Below, piece by piece: positions 12,721 to 25,770 of a DNA stretch of 64,000 bases. The notes under the pieces are model-generated. The model searched no databases. It was given only the letters and a program-made list of their open reading frames with translations, and was not told the origin of the DNA. This stretch comes from Chiloscyllium plagiosum. Lineage: Eukaryota. Position numbers and translations under genes: made by a program. Every line of letters begins with the position of its first letter. Positions within the stretch are counted from its first letter, which is position 1. The DNA lies in assembly GCF_004010195.1 (NCBI RefSeq), contig NC_057754.1:3319527-3383526 (forward strand), read 5' to 3'.

Positions 12721-14629
12721 TCATCATCTCCTGTTCTGAAGCTGTGGAAACTGATGGAGAAATTAGTGAGATTCTTTAATGCAGAATCCCAAATATAACA
12801 TTCATCAACAGTGAACCAATCTGGCGATATATAAGATTGTGAGGTACTTGGATAGGGTGGACATGAAGGCACATTTTCCCATTAGTCAACATGTCAAGAA
12901 GTGGCTCACCACCATCTTCTCAAGGGCGACTAGGAACAGGCAATAAACGCTTGCCAGGCAGCGATGTCCACATTCCACTAATGAATATTTTTTAAAAAAC
13001 AGGAATAGATTGAAGCTCAGAGGAAGGAGGACGAGAGGAGAGTTGAGAAGAGCTTTATTCACTCAGCCAGTAGGTCGGCCATTTTGGATTGAGAAGTGGA
13101 GAAATTTCTTCAAGAGAGTGGTGTATCATTGAAATTCTCTCCCTCAGTGGGCAGTGAAGGCTCAGTCATTGTGAATGTCTAACACAGTGATCACAGGTTT
13201 CTCAATGTTGAAGATATCAAGGGATAGTGCAGGAAAACGGGTGAGGTAGGTCAGCTATGGTCAAGTGAAGTGAGGGGTCGAATGGCCTTCCCCTGTTCCT
13301 ATTTCCAGTGCAGCCCAAGGCCTTTTAGCTCAGGTTCATTCCGGCCGCGTGGAATTCCTGATCCCTGCAGCATGTTTTGCTTCCTTCGGAAGCTCACCTC
13401 AGCCATCCTTGTCACCCTGACCAGGATTCCCGTGACTCCTCATGCCAAACAAACCAAAAAAAACAGAAAATATAAAAACTCACTTGCTGGAGAGCACATT
13501 TGCTGTTTGCACTGAGTGGTGCTGCATGGAACAGAGAGAGAGAGAGAGAGAGAGAGCTGCAAATTGGTTGTTTTTTTATCTGGGGTTCAACAGCAGACCC
13601 GATCCAATCATAACATTCCTCAGCAAATGAGTTCGGCCTTTATCAGGAACAAGCAGAGTTATTACACAGTGTGTAAACACAGTGATTTTTACATTTTGCA
13701 GCTCCCTGCTCAGCCAACTGATTAAGAGATGCATTCGGACCGAGCCTGCAGTAACCATGCCACAAGCGCAGGAGCTTAGCTGGCATCCTGCCTGGCGAGA
13801 GTGCGCCAACTGAGGGCTGCCTAGAGTGAGTCTGCATCGCTCTGGCGCCAGCCATTTACTGGGCACCCTCCTCTCAGCCTGGCCCTGACAGGGGCACCAA
13901 GCATCACAGCATGATGTGTACTTTAAAAAATCGCAGGGCGTGCACATCACCAGTGAAGGTAACATCGGTTGGACACGTTGGTAGCTGGCCTTTGAACTGA
14001 ACGACTTGCCAGCTTCACTTCAGGAGGTGGTTATACTCATTGCTGCCCATCTGGAGTCAAAACATGATCCTAGAGGATGGCAGTTATTACGCTGAGAGGA
14101 CACTGGTGAACCAGAAAGGCTTCTATTACAATCGGCAGCGGTTAGCACGCTGTGACTGGACCATTTCTTAAAAATTCCAGACTCTAATTTTGGTCACTTT
14201 GAATTTGACCATCAGCCAGGGTGGGATTTGATCTGATGCCTACTGAATATTAGCCTCGGACTCTGCACTGGGAGACCAGTGACATTACAACTCCACCACC
14301 ACCACCACCTCCCTTTGTGAACAGTTCTCTGTGCTGCGTTTTCATTGTAAAGGGTTACAGCGACTCTAGGGACATGAACGGGGAGAAGTGGAGAATCTCA
14401 GCAGCCCTGGCAGCATCTGTGGAGAGAGACCGATCCAATGTTGTGAGTCCAGTGATTCTTCTCCGGATCTTCGAAGATGCGTCATGTTGGATTCACAATG
14501 TGAACTGTTCACAGATGCTGCCACATCTGCTGAGTTTGTCCAGCTCTCCCTGCTTTTATGATATACTATATCTCCAAAGTTTCTTTAAATATAGAAACAC
14601 TTAAGCATCTGCTGTGGATCTGCACACCG

Positions 14630-16365
14630 CTCACTTGTGTCTGAACCGGAAAGTTCCAGATTCAAGTCCCACTCCAGGGCTTGAACTCGAACACTGAAGC
14701 AGACACGGCTAGAGTGAGTCCAGAGAGGGTGCTGCACATTTGGAGGGTCAGTACTGAAGGAGTGCCACACCGTTCCAGAGTCAGTGCTGATAGAGTGCCG
14801 CACTGTTGGAGGATCGGTGCTGAGGGAGTGGCGCACTGTCCCAGGGTCAGTGCTGAGGGAGCACTGCACTGTCGGAGGGTCAGCGCTGAGGGAGCGCCAC
14901 ACTATCGGAGGTTCAGTGCTGAGGGAGCGTCGCACTATCGTAGGGTCAGCGCTGAGGGAGTGCTGCACCGTCGAAGGATCAGCACTGAGGGAGCCTTGCA
15001 CTGTCAGAGGGTCAGTGCTGAGGGAGTGCCGCACTGTTGGAGGGTCAGTGCTGCGGGAGCAGGCACTGTCAGAGGGTCAGTGCTGAGGGAGTGGGCACTG
15101 TCAGAGCATCAGTGCTGAGGGAGTGCGGCACTGTCAGAGGGTCAGTGCTGAGGGAGTGCCGCACTGTTGGAGGGTCAGTGCTGCGGGAGCGGGCACTGTT
15201 AGAGGGTCAGTGCTGAGGGAGTGGACACTGTCGGAGCATCAGTGCTGAGGGAGTGCGGCACTGTCAGAGGGTCAGTGCTGAGGGAGTGCCGCACTGTTGA
15301 AGGGTCGGTGCTGAGGGAGTGGGCACTGTCAGAGGGTCGGTGCTGAGGGAGTGCCGCACTGTTGGAGGGTCGGTGCTGAGGGAGTGCCGCACTGTCAGAG
15401 GGTCAGTGCTGAGGGAGTGCCGCACTGCTGAAGGGTCGGTGCTGAGGGAGTGCCGCACTGTCAGAGGGTCGGCGCTGAGGGAGTGTCGCACTGTTGGAGG
15501 ATTCGGTGCTGAGGGAGTGCCGCACTGTTGGAGGGTCGGTGCTGAGGGAGTGCCGCACTGTCGGAGGGTCAGCGCTGAGGGAGCACTGCACTACCGTAGG
15601 GTCAGCTCTGGGGGAGCACCGCACTGGCGGAGGGTCAGTGCTGAGGGAGCGGGCACTGTCACAGGGTCAGTGCTGAGGGAGCGGTGCACTGTCGGAGGGT
15701 CAGCGCTGAGGGAGCGCTGCACTATCGTAGGGTCAGTGCTGAGGGAGCGCTGCACCGTCGAAGGATCAGTGCTGAGGGAGCCTTGCACTGTCAGAGGGTC
15801 AGTGCTGAGGGAGCGCCGCACTGTCGGAGGGTCAGTGCTGCGGGAGCGGGGACTGTCAGAGGGTCAGTGCTGCGGGAGCGGGCACTGTCAGAGGGTCAGT
15901 GCTGAGGGAGCGGGCTCTGTCGAAGAGTCAGTACTGAGGGTGCCTCACACTGTCGGAGGGTCAGTGCTGAGGGAGCCTCACACTGTCAGAGGGTCAGTGC
16001 TGAGGGAGCGGGCACTGTCGGAGGGTCAGCGCTGAGGGTGCCTCGCACTGTCTGAGGATCAGCACTGAGGGAGCCTCGCACTATCGTAGGGTCAGCGCTG
16101 AGGAAACCTCAAACTGTCGGAGGGTCAGCGCTGAGGGAGCCTCGCAATGTCGGAGGGTCAGCACTGAGGGAACCTCACACTATCGGAGGGTCAGCACTGA
16201 GGGAACCTCACACTGTCGGAGGGTCAGCGCTGAGGGAGCCTTGCATTGTCGGAGGGTCAATGCTGAGGGAGCCTCGCACTGTCTGAGGGTCAGTGCTGAG
16301 GGAACCTCACACTGTCTGAGGGTCAGCGCTGAGGGAGCAGGCATTGTCGGAGGGTCAGTGCTAAG
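14630..16365 (+). repeat. 31-33-bp minisatellite (cactgtcggagggtcagtgctgagggagtgccg) expanded from a SINE head
   Basis: Roughly 50 tandem units from about 14730. Preceded by the SINE 5' part ttcaagtcccactccagggcttgaa. Confidence 0.95.
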
Positions 16366-16934
16366 AGTACGCTGCTAAATGAGCTGTGAGATTATCATAG
16401 TGCTAATTGTGTTCGCTTGCTGTGTGCGTTTCCCACAGTACACCAGAGGCCGTGACATATTTTGGATTGTCTGTTTCTATATAAATACACCTCTCTGCAC
16501 ACTGTCTGAGGGTCAGCGCTGAGGGAGCGGGCATTGTCGGAGGGTCAGTGCTAAGAGTACGCTGCTAAATGAGCTGTGAGATTATCACAGTGCTAATTGT
16601 GTTCGCTTGCTGTGTGCGTTTCCCACAGTACACCAGAGGCCGTGACATATTTTGGATTGTCTGTTTCTATATAAATACACCTCTCTGCTTTTTGAATCAT
16701 TTTGGATCAAATGCAGCAATGCTAAATGAGGATGACACCAGACCGATAGAGTATAAGCCAAGATGGAACAGGCTGTGGGACACAGGCAGCTGAAGACTGA
16801 GCTGAGCAGTATCTCGATAAATTGGGAATGGAGTTTGTTTGGGTTGAAAACCCCTGGAGGAGACAGGAGCTTGGGACAATATGCACCTTTACTTCAATGT
16901 TGCAGCCTGGCGCTATGGAGAGGGATGGAGGAGA

Positions 16935-17680
16935 CTTCCATAGAGACACAGAAATCTTCAGCCTGGAAACAGCAGGATCCTTCAGCCCAAATTGTCCACG
17001 CTTTCACAATTAATCTAGTCCCACTTGCCTGCTTTGGTCCACATCCCTCCATACCTACCCCATCCACATATCTGTCCAAATGTTTCTTCAACGACAAAAT
17101 TGTACTCACTTCCACCACTATCTCTGGCAGGCAGTTCCAGACACTCACCACCCTCTGTATGAAAAGGGTGATCCTCAGGTCCCTTTTAAATGTTTCCCCT
17201 CTCACCTTAAACCTTTGCCCTCTAGTTTTAGCCTCCCCCATGCTGGGGAATAGCTGTTGGCTATCTATCTTAACAGTGCCTCTCACGATTGTGTAGACCT
17301 CTATAAAGGTCACCCCTCAGTCTCTTACGTTCCAGGGAAGAAGTCCCAGCCTATTCAGCTTCTCCTTACAACTCAATCCTGCCAGTCCAGGCAGCATCCT
17401 GGTGAATATTTTCTGCATTCTTTCTAGTTTAATAACATCCTATCTATACTAGGACAATGACAAGTGCATGCAATATTCTAAATGTGCTGTTACCAATCTC
17501 TTGTACAGCTGCAATAAGATGTCCCAACTCCTATCCTCAATGAAGGTAAGTGTGCAAAATGCCTTCTTCATCACCCTGTCTGCCTGTGATGCCACTTTCA
17601 AGGAACTGCGAAACTGTACTGCTAGATCTCCTTGTCCTATAACACTCCCCAAGGCCTTACCATTCACTGTGGTAGTCCTA
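16935..17680 (-). mobile_element. CR1 3' fragment
   Basis: TRGQRFKVRGETFKRDLR and LVTAHLEYC. Confidence 0.88.
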
Positions 17681-18649
17681 CACTGTAAGTAAATGCTTTC
17701 CAGTACTTGGCTGAGCAGAAATCTCTCTTCTGCACTTCCTGCCTGACACCATTGTGATGTGGGAGGGATTACACCATTTGCCCGGCTGCAATCTGAGTGC
17801 ACCTCCCTTGGTCAAGCCCAGGAGTGGGAATCGAACCTGCAGGTCTGAGACTGGGAGCCAAGCTGTGCACTACTCAACCTCCATCAACATGAGCAATCCA
17901 ACTGGGAGACCCCTCTTTAACCAGACAGTGGGGGGTGAATATGGAACGGGCCCCCTTGGAGAGTGGAGAAGGAGATGGGGAGATGTGAGGCAGTGGATAA
18001 TTGGTGAAGGGAGATGGGTAGAGGTTGGGAGGAGTCTCGTGTGGAGCTGAAATACTAGTACAGGGCAGATGGGCTGAACGGCCTGCTTGCGTTCTATGAA
18101 CTCTTGACATGGACACTGGGTGAGTTCCTGATCCCTCAATACGCACTGCCCGGGGAGTGCGCATGCTAACAAACCACTGGGGAATAAGTTTTTAAAAATA
18201 ATTATTCACTGGAAATGAAGGCTGATTTTCCAAAAACGCGCAGAAGAGTCAAGTTAATGTGGAGCCATCTGCTGGTCTAAAAATTCACAATGACAGAAGT
18301 AGCAAGCAGCGGGTTACAATACAGAACGACCACGCAGAGTCCTGGAGAAATTCAGCAGGCTCTGGCAGTGCTGGTGGAGAGAGAACCAGTGTTAATGTTT
18401 CGAGTCCAGTGATCCCTCTTCAAAGCAGTGTGTGTTTGCAGAGCCAGTTTGCGGGCCATGCCCGGATTAAATGCTGAAACATTGACGTTCCTGTGGTTAT
18501 GCAGTAACAGGATACACCTACTCAGGCTGACCTCCCTTGGTCGTGTCAAAGGGGTCAGGAACCACAAACCTATTGGGCACAGAGCATTCCCTCCACTGTC
18601 AGGTCCGACATAGGGATGTTCACTGATGGTCTGCACAATGTTCGGCATC

Positions 18650-19420
18650 ATTCCTGACCCTTCAAATATTGAACCAACCTATGCCTACGTGCAGCTGGAC
18701 CTGGCTTGATGTACAGCAAGTGACATTTGTACAATGTTAGCACTAGGCAATGGCCATCTCCAACAAGATAGAATCTAACCATCAACCCTTGACATTCAAT
18801 GTCATTACCATCACTTAGAACATCTTGGAGGGGGGTTACCATTGATCAGAAACTGAACTGGACTTGCCATATACACACATTGATTGCAAGCACAAGCCCT
18901 GAGCAGTTGCGAATCCTGCAGTGGGTAATTCCCTCCTGACTCCCCAAAGCCTGTCCCCCACCTACAAGCTAGGAGTGTGATGGAATACTCCCCACTTGCC
19001 CTGGATAGGTGCAGCGCCAAAAACACTCAAGAAGCTTGACACCATCCAGGACTAAGCAGCCCGCGTAATTGGCATCACACCCACAAGCACCCACTTCCTT
19101 CACCACCGATGCTCAGTAGCACTAGCTATGCCATCCACAAGATGCACTGCAGCAACTCATACAGGGTTCTTCCACAGCACCTTCCAAACTCGTGACCTCT
19201 AACATCAAGAAGAACAAGGGCAACAGATACAAGGAACACCAAACCCTGCCAGTTCCTGTCAGAGTCATTCACCATCCTCACCGGGAAATATATCGCCGTT
19301 CCTTCAGTGTTATTGGGTCAAAATCTTGGAATTCCCTCCCTAACAGCACTGTGTGGGGGTCCCTACACCTCAAGGATGACAGAAATTCAAAAAGGCAGTT
19401 GCTCACCACTTTCATAATCT
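18650..19420 (+). mobile_element. Old CR1/L2-group LINE 3' portion (related fragment at about 6650-7000)
   Basis: ggagtgtgatggaatactccccacttgcc...ctcaagaagcttgacaccatccagg (RSVMEYSPLA-like RT C-terminus). Confidence 0.7.
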
Positions 19421-19969
19421 GATTGGCCACAATATGAATTCGCCTTCCTTTGGTCGTCAAGTCCGGGAGTGGGAGAATGGCAGTTAGAGCTGAATGAGTT
19501 TAGAAGGAAAATCCAAGTGTGTCGGGAGTTGGGCTGCAGATTCAGAGAGTTCGCTTCTTTTTATTGTCACATATATGTAGAGAGATACAGTGAAAACTGT
19601 CCGGAGACCACAATCCGCCAACGTTTTGAGGTACGTGGAATAAAAACAAAGAGTTTATCTGGAATTGCTGGAGACCAATAACAATGACACAAAGATTATG
19701 GCTAAAAATACCACATGCAGGTGGGGGTCATTTTAAAACAGTGGAATTCTTTGAGCAAGTCTCAATTGATGCTCTGGTGATTATGGGGAAAGGGAAGTCT
19801 ATGTAGAATGAGAAGTGATTTTGGAGGAAATGCAAGATGGTTACAGTCACAAAGCAGGATAAATGAGAGAAAAGCACAGAGAGACATGAAAGGAGGGGGT
19901 GGTGATGGCATACTATATATGTGGTTCCCTCAGGGGCAAGGGGCCACTGAGAGATTACGAAATACAGTG

Positions 19970-20730
19970 GACTGACCCTCTGACAGTGCGGCACTCCCTT
20001 GATACTGACCCTCCGACACTACAGCGCTCCCTCAGCACTGACCCTCCAACATTACAGCACTCCCTCAGCACTGACCCTCCGACACTACAGCACTCCCTCA
20101 GCACTGACCCTCTGACACTACAGCACTCCCTCAGCACTGACCCTCCAACATTACAGCACTCCCTCAGCACTGACCCTCCGACACTACAGCACTCCCTCAG
20201 CACGGACCATCTGACAGTGCAGCACTTCCTCAGCACTGACCCCATGACAGTGCTCGCTCCCTCGACACTGGCCCTCCGACACTACAGCACTCCCTCAGCA
20301 GTGACCCTCCGACAGTGCCCACTCCCTCAGCACTGACCCACTGACAGTGCAGCGCTCACTCAGTGCTGACCCTCTGACAGCGCAGCACGCCCTCAGTGCT
20401 AACCCTCCGACAGTGCCCACTCCCTCAGTTCTGACACTCCAACAATGCAGCGCTCCTTCAGTACTGACCGACTGATAGTGCAGCGCTCACTCAGTGCTGA
20501 CCCTCCAACAGTGCCCACTCCCTCAGCACTGACCCTCCGCCAGTGCGGCACTCCCTCAGCACTGACCCTCCAACAATGCGGCACTCCTTCAGCACTGACT
20601 CTCCGACAGTGCGGCACTCCTTCAGCGCTGACCCACTGACAATGCGGCACTCCTTCAGCGCTGACTCTCTGATAGTGCGACACTCCTTCAGCACTGACCC
20701 TCCGACAGTGCAGCACTCCTTCAGCACTGC
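19970..20730 (-). repeat. Same 33-bp minisatellite, reverse orientation
   Basis: Tandem cagcactgaccctccgacagtgcggcactccct units. Confidence 0.95.
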
Positions 20731-21563
20731 GGTGGCACTCCTGTGTCAGGGTGTATTAGTACCTGAATCACATGCAGGTGTGGACATGCAGATACAGTGA
20801 GTGATTGGGAAGGCAAATGGAATGATGACCTTATTGAAAGGGGAATGGAATGGCTGAGTAGGGTGGACCTGCTGAATCAGTAAGGTCACATCTAGAGCAC
20901 AGTCTACAGTTTTGGTCTCCTTGACAGAGGAAGGATACCGTGGTAACTGAAGCAGGTCAAAGACGAGCAATTCTAACAACCCCCCCCATCCCACCTTCCA
21001 GGCTTGTAGCTTGCCTCCCTCCCCCCCAGGCCTGTAGCTCTCCTTCCATCTCCCCCCAAGCTGACCTGTTATACATGTTACATGTAATCACTGCGCATGG
21101 CAAACAATAAGACCATATCCACACAGTGGGCTCTCTTCATGGAAACAAAATCTTGGGTGACAGCCTTACCCAATCAGCGCCAACCTTGAATTTAAATCCA
21201 ATTTTGGTAGCATTTTCTATCAATCACATGTCAACCAATCAACAGCCTTTTCCCACACAGTATAAATTGCTGAGCCCTTTGTGATGTGGCATTCTTGTGA
21301 TTCGGTCCTGATGAGTTAACAAGGGAACAATAGAGACAAAGTGCCTTCTTTTTTTCAGCAGTGCTCGAATTCTGCACCACCAAGTGACAATTTGATGCAC
21401 CCTCCCATGAGGTACAGGGACCATGCGGTCAGGGAGGAACCCAGGAAGTTGCTTGCACGGTTCCGACTCCAGGTTGGAGAGATGTCACCTTTTGCCATTG
21501 CCGTCAGTGGCCTGTAAAGGTCACGTGGTGCGCGCCAGACAAATTTAAACAAACTATGCCTAC

Positions 21564-21657
21564 CTTCTTCGACTGGTCAAGGAAGGCTTGCTTGATCTGC
21601 TTAAGAGTCGCGTCAGGTTTGATGCCAAGGACGGTGTAATAATCCTCGCCACTGGAC
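21564..21657 (-). CDS. DNAJC4: DNAJC4 coding exon: J-domain helices I-II ((R)SSGEDYYTVLGIKPDATLKQIKQAFLDQSKK)
   Basis: Acceptor ttttctctcttggccag|, donor AAG|gtaggc. 94 nt = 1 nt + 31 codons, ending in phase 0 and joining directly to LHPD. Carries the classic DYYxVLG J-domain start. This frame is not in the supplied ORF track. Confidence 0.92.
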
Positions 21658-21819
21658 CTGGCCAAGAGAGAAAACACAAAAGCACAGTGTTCATCCCCAT
21701 GGGTTGTTGTAATGCAATTCTACAAGGGTTGGACAATGATCTGGGCATTTTAATAGGCCACACAGCAAGGGCCTTAGACACAGAAAGTATAGTCCTCTGC
21801 CCAACTACCATAAATATAT

Positions 21820-22510
21820 AGAGTCATTGAGATATACAGCTTGGAAACAGACCCTTCAGATCAACTTGTCCATGCCAACTCAGATATCCGAAATTAATCT
21901 AGTCCCATTTGCCAGCATTCGGCCCATATCCCTCTCAACTCTTCCTATTCATGTCCCCATCCAGATGTCTTTTAAATGTTGTCTTTGTACGAGCCTCCAC
22001 CACTTCCTCTGGCAGCTCATTCCACACACGCACCACTCTCTGGGTGAAAAAGTTGCCCCTTTTTAAATCTTTCCCCTCTCACCTTAAACATATGCTCTCT
22101 AGATTTGGACTCCCATACCCTAGGAAAAAGATCTTGACTATTCACCCTATCCGTGTCCCTCATGATTTTATAAACCTCCATAAGGTTTCCCCTCAGCCTC
22201 CGCGCTCCAGAGAAAACAGTCTCAGCCTATTTAGCCTCTCTCTAAAGCTCAAATCCTCCAAACCCTGGCAAGATCGTTGTAAATCTTTTCTACACCCTGT
22301 CAAGTTTAACAACTTCCTACCTTGAGCAGGGAGTCCAGAATTGTATGCAGTACTCCAAAAGTGGCCTCAGCAATTTCCTGTACAGTTGCAGTATGAAATC
22401 CTAACTCCTATCCACCAAGGCACTGATCAATACAGGCAAATGTACCAAATGTTTTCTTCACTACCCTGTCTACTGGCAATTGTGCTTTTAAGGAACTATG
22501 AAACTGCACC
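21820..22510 (-). mobile_element. CR1 3' fragment
   Basis: CR1 tail and body near-identical in pattern to the other copies. Confidence 0.88.
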
Positions 22511-22702
22511 CCAATGTCATACGATATGTCTTCTCCTGAATATGGCTAAGAATCAGTTGGTGTTCCTCATGGACCGAATAGGACGAAGAAAGATCAGGTA
22601 GCTCTTCACCATCTTAAAAGGCCAGCTCGAGAACAATTTGGCTAATTTGGGAATGAGTGATAATGTGACCGGACAAGTAATCCAGAGAAACAAGCTAATA
22701 TA

Positions 22703-22995
22703 AGGAGGGGTGTAGAAGCTGGAGGTTATTGAGCTAGGGAGGGGTGTAGGGGCTGGCGGAGGATGTAGAGATAGGAGGTGGTTACAGAGATAGGGAGGAG
22801 TGTAAGGGATGGAGGAAGTGACAGAAACAGAGAAGGGTATAGGGGTTGGAAGAGGTTACAAAGATAGGGAGGGGTATAGGGTTAGAGGAGGTTGCAGAAA
22901 TAGGGAGTGGTATAGGGATTGGAGAAGGTTACAGGGATAGGGAGAGGTGTAGGGACTGGAGGAGGTTACAGAGATAGGGAGTGGCTTAAGGGCTG
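22703..22995 (-). repeat. Same L2-derived minisatellite, reverse orientation
   Basis: Tandem ggaggaggttacagagatagggagggg units. Confidence 0.85.
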
Positions 22996-23199
22996 TGTCC
23001 TGATCCATACAAATCCTTGTCATGACACTGGAGAGGATACAGACGTTTCCAAGGATGGTGTCTAAACTGGAGAACATTAGCACTGAGGAGAGACCATACA
23101 CTCTAGGGTAAGAACAGGAAGTGCTGGAGAAACTCAGGAGGCCTGGCAGCATTTGCAGAGAGAGAGAAAAAGAGAGCAGCTACATTTTCACAAAGTTAC

Positions 23200-24185
23200 A
23201 CAATTGTTAGGAGACAGAGGGAGGCCATCCAGTTCATCGTGGGTGTATCATCTCTTCAAATGAGCATCGTTACCTCGTGTTAATCTCCTGCTTTTTCCCC
23301 AAACCCTTGCACAGTTTGTTTATTCAAACAGTCATCCAACGCTCTCTCGACTGCCTCAATTGAACCTGCCTCCACCACATTTCCAGACAATGTCCTAGCC
23401 ACTCGCTGAGTGAAAACAGTTTTCCTCACTTCGCTTTTGTTTCTTTCACAGACCACTCCAAATCTATGTCTTTTCCGTCTCAGGAGCGGGAACAGCTTCT
23501 TTTTATCCGTCATGATTTTTGAAAACCTCCATCAGTTCTCCTGTTGGTTGCCTTCTCTCTAAGGTGAACAGTCCCAACCTCTTCAACCTAGTTTCTCATC
23601 GCTGGAACCATTCTTGTGAATCACTTCTGTATTCTCTGCCGTGTCTTCACATCTTTCTCATAACTGTACACGACACTCCCGATGAAATCTAACAAGTGGC
23701 TCGTACGCATTCAACATCACCTCCTTACTCTGCCTCCATTAATAAATCCAAGGCCATTCTCTACTTTATTAGCTGCTGTTTCGAGCTGTCCTGCTACCTT
23801 CAGTGATAAGTGCACATATACACCCATATCCCTCTGCTCCTGCAGCCCCTTTAGAATCATACCCGCTATTTTGTATTGTCTTTCAATTCTCTTCCTATGA
23901 CAGTGCATCACTGCGCACTTCTCTGCACTGAACCCCATCTGCCGCCTATCTGCCCACACCACCAACTTGTCAATGGAGTTCTACACTGTCCTCCTCACTG
24001 CTTACAATCCTTCCTGAGTTTCATGTCATCTGCAAACTTTGAAATTGTCCCATGCACACCAAGATGTAGATCATTAATACACATCAGGAAAAGCAGCAAT
24101 CCCTGGAGAAATTCACTACAAACCTTTCTCCAGCCCGAAAAGCATCCATTGCCCATTATTCTCTGTTTCCTGCCACACAGTCAAT
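23200..24185 (-). mobile_element. Older CR1 fragment (RT C-terminus to 3'UTR)
   Basis: WADRRQMGFSAEKCAVMH, reverse-strand KFADD, and FTQRV. Confidence 0.8.
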
Positions 24186-25149
24186 TTTGAACCCGGTTTT
24201 GAGTCTTTGCGACACAGAAGGCTGCAGGGAGATCTGACTGAAGTGTGCAAAATTGCAAGTATCCTAAATTGAGTGAACAGGAAGGCAATGTACCTCTTGC
24301 TCAAAGGTGCACCTTTTCAGAGGTGGGGGGAGGGGCATAAATTTAGGAGTGGGTTCATTCGGAAGGGATCGGGAACTCACTGCCTGAAAGTTCTCATAAA
24401 TGTTCACAAAGTGCTTGGAGGTGCCTTCAAAGAGCTGCAGCCAACAGGGATGAACCAAGTGCTGTGGAAAGTGGCTGCTTGTCGGCCGCAGTGCGCGTGG
24501 ACAAGCAGCGGGCCGAATGGCCTCCCTGCGGGCTGCAAACATCTCTGACAGAAAACACTCATCGTGCAACAAAGAACCCATCGACTTCAGTCTGAGTTGT
24601 TAGATTCCGATCGAGGAATGCAGGCTGAAAAAGGTCTTTCCTTGCTCTGGGCGTTTCAGCCGAGCCTCCTGGCTTCTGGCTCCTTCAAAAGGAGGCAACT
24701 GTCTCCCCAAAGACACACTGCTGGGCTTGTCCGTCTCCACAGATCGTCATTGTTTGGAAGGCTCCATCAGTGCATACTTCAAATGTTTTCTGGGTGATGA
24801 ATCTTCCGACAGTCGGCTCAGACAGACTCTGGAGTGTTTGGACGTAGATGATGCCACTGCGACCGGTTGGAGGAGGTTTCAGGGTCCCACAGACCAGGAC
24901 GTAGTGCACATTCAAAGTTCTAGTTTCCTCCTTTGAGGAAATAAGGATGGATGTCATTTAGCGCTGTTTGACTTTAAAACAAGCACCCAACGACGATGGG
25001 AGATGACTTCCTGTCCATTATCACCAACACCCTGTTGCTGCCACCATGGCTTCTGTGTTCTGACCATCGGTGAGTAAGGGCTGTGGAATCCATACCCTGG
25101 GACAGAAAACATAGGGAACAAGGACAACCAACATCACTACCAAAATAAT

Positions 25150-25590
25150 GGGGAGGCCACGGTCTTATCGGGAGACTATTAATCCAGAGACCTAGATATT
25201 ATTCTGGGGACCTATGCTCAAGTGCCATCATGGCCGATGGTGCAATTTGAATTAAATTAAACTCTGGAAATGAAGGGTCTAATGACGACCAAGAAAACAT
25301 TGTCGATTGTCAGAAACAATCCCAGTGTTTCTGATTTTCTGCACATGCCTTTCTTTCATTTTTTTTTGTAGCGTATGAAAGCACTCTTGCCCTTTAGGGA
25401 CAGAAATCTGCCATCCTTATCTGGTCTGGCCTACATGTGAGTCCCGACCCACACTGATGTGGTTGACACTGACCTGCTCTTTGAAAAGGCTGAGTGAGCC
25501 GCTCAGTTCAAGGGGCAATTAGGGGATGGGCCTTGCCAGCAAGGCACTCACTCCAACGACGCTCAAATCCCACGTGTAAAGAAAATTAAC
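25150..25590 (+). mobile_element. tRNA-like SINE with a LINE-shared tail (further copies at about 39110-39275, 39330-39665, 42480-43070, and 52845-53090 on the minus strand)
   Basis: Recurring ctttaggga..gaaatctgccatcctta.ctggtctggcctacatgtga...ggcaattagggatgggc. Confidence 0.75.
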
Positions 25591-25684
25591 ACAATCTGGG
25601 TTGAGAATGCTTTGGGATCTGGCTGAGAGACTTTCTTGGCTTGTGGGCAGTGGCCCCAGATGGCAGCAAGGGCAATTCACCCAC

Positions 25685-25770
25685 CTGTATAAGGCTGTGG
25701 AGATCCTCCGAGAAGACACGCTGTACCTCAGGCAGTACTTGCCAGCTAAGGTCTGGGCACCCAGAAGCAT
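25685..25770 (-). CDS. DNAJC4: DNAJC4 first coding exon (MLLGAQTLAGKYCLRYSVSSRRISTALY-R); the whole exon is 25685-25804 including 34 nt of 5'UTR
   Basis: Acceptor ttttttgctgtttactgcag| at 25805, ATG at 25770, donor TACAG|gtgggt in phase 2 matching the next exon (AG+G = Arg). The leader is basic and has no acidic residues, like a mitochondrial presequence (inference). Confidence 0.82.

Noticed and set aside
14705..16365. Regular ~33-bp repeats as a CRISPR array or a repetitive protein ORF
   Set aside because: Units are contiguous with no unique spacers, there are no cas genes, and the context is vertebrate. The ORFs result from a 33-bp period.
25040..25076. Perfect Kozak GCCACCATGG followed by a plus-strand gtgagt donor
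   Set aside because: The frame stops after MASVF, before the donor, and no partner exons were found.
24685..25096. 90-aa minus-strand ORF and an acceptor at 25097 as an extra DNAJC4 exon
   Set aside because: No recognisable homology. Splicing from exon 25685 hits a stop after about 25 codons, and the J-domain exons already join cleanly without it.
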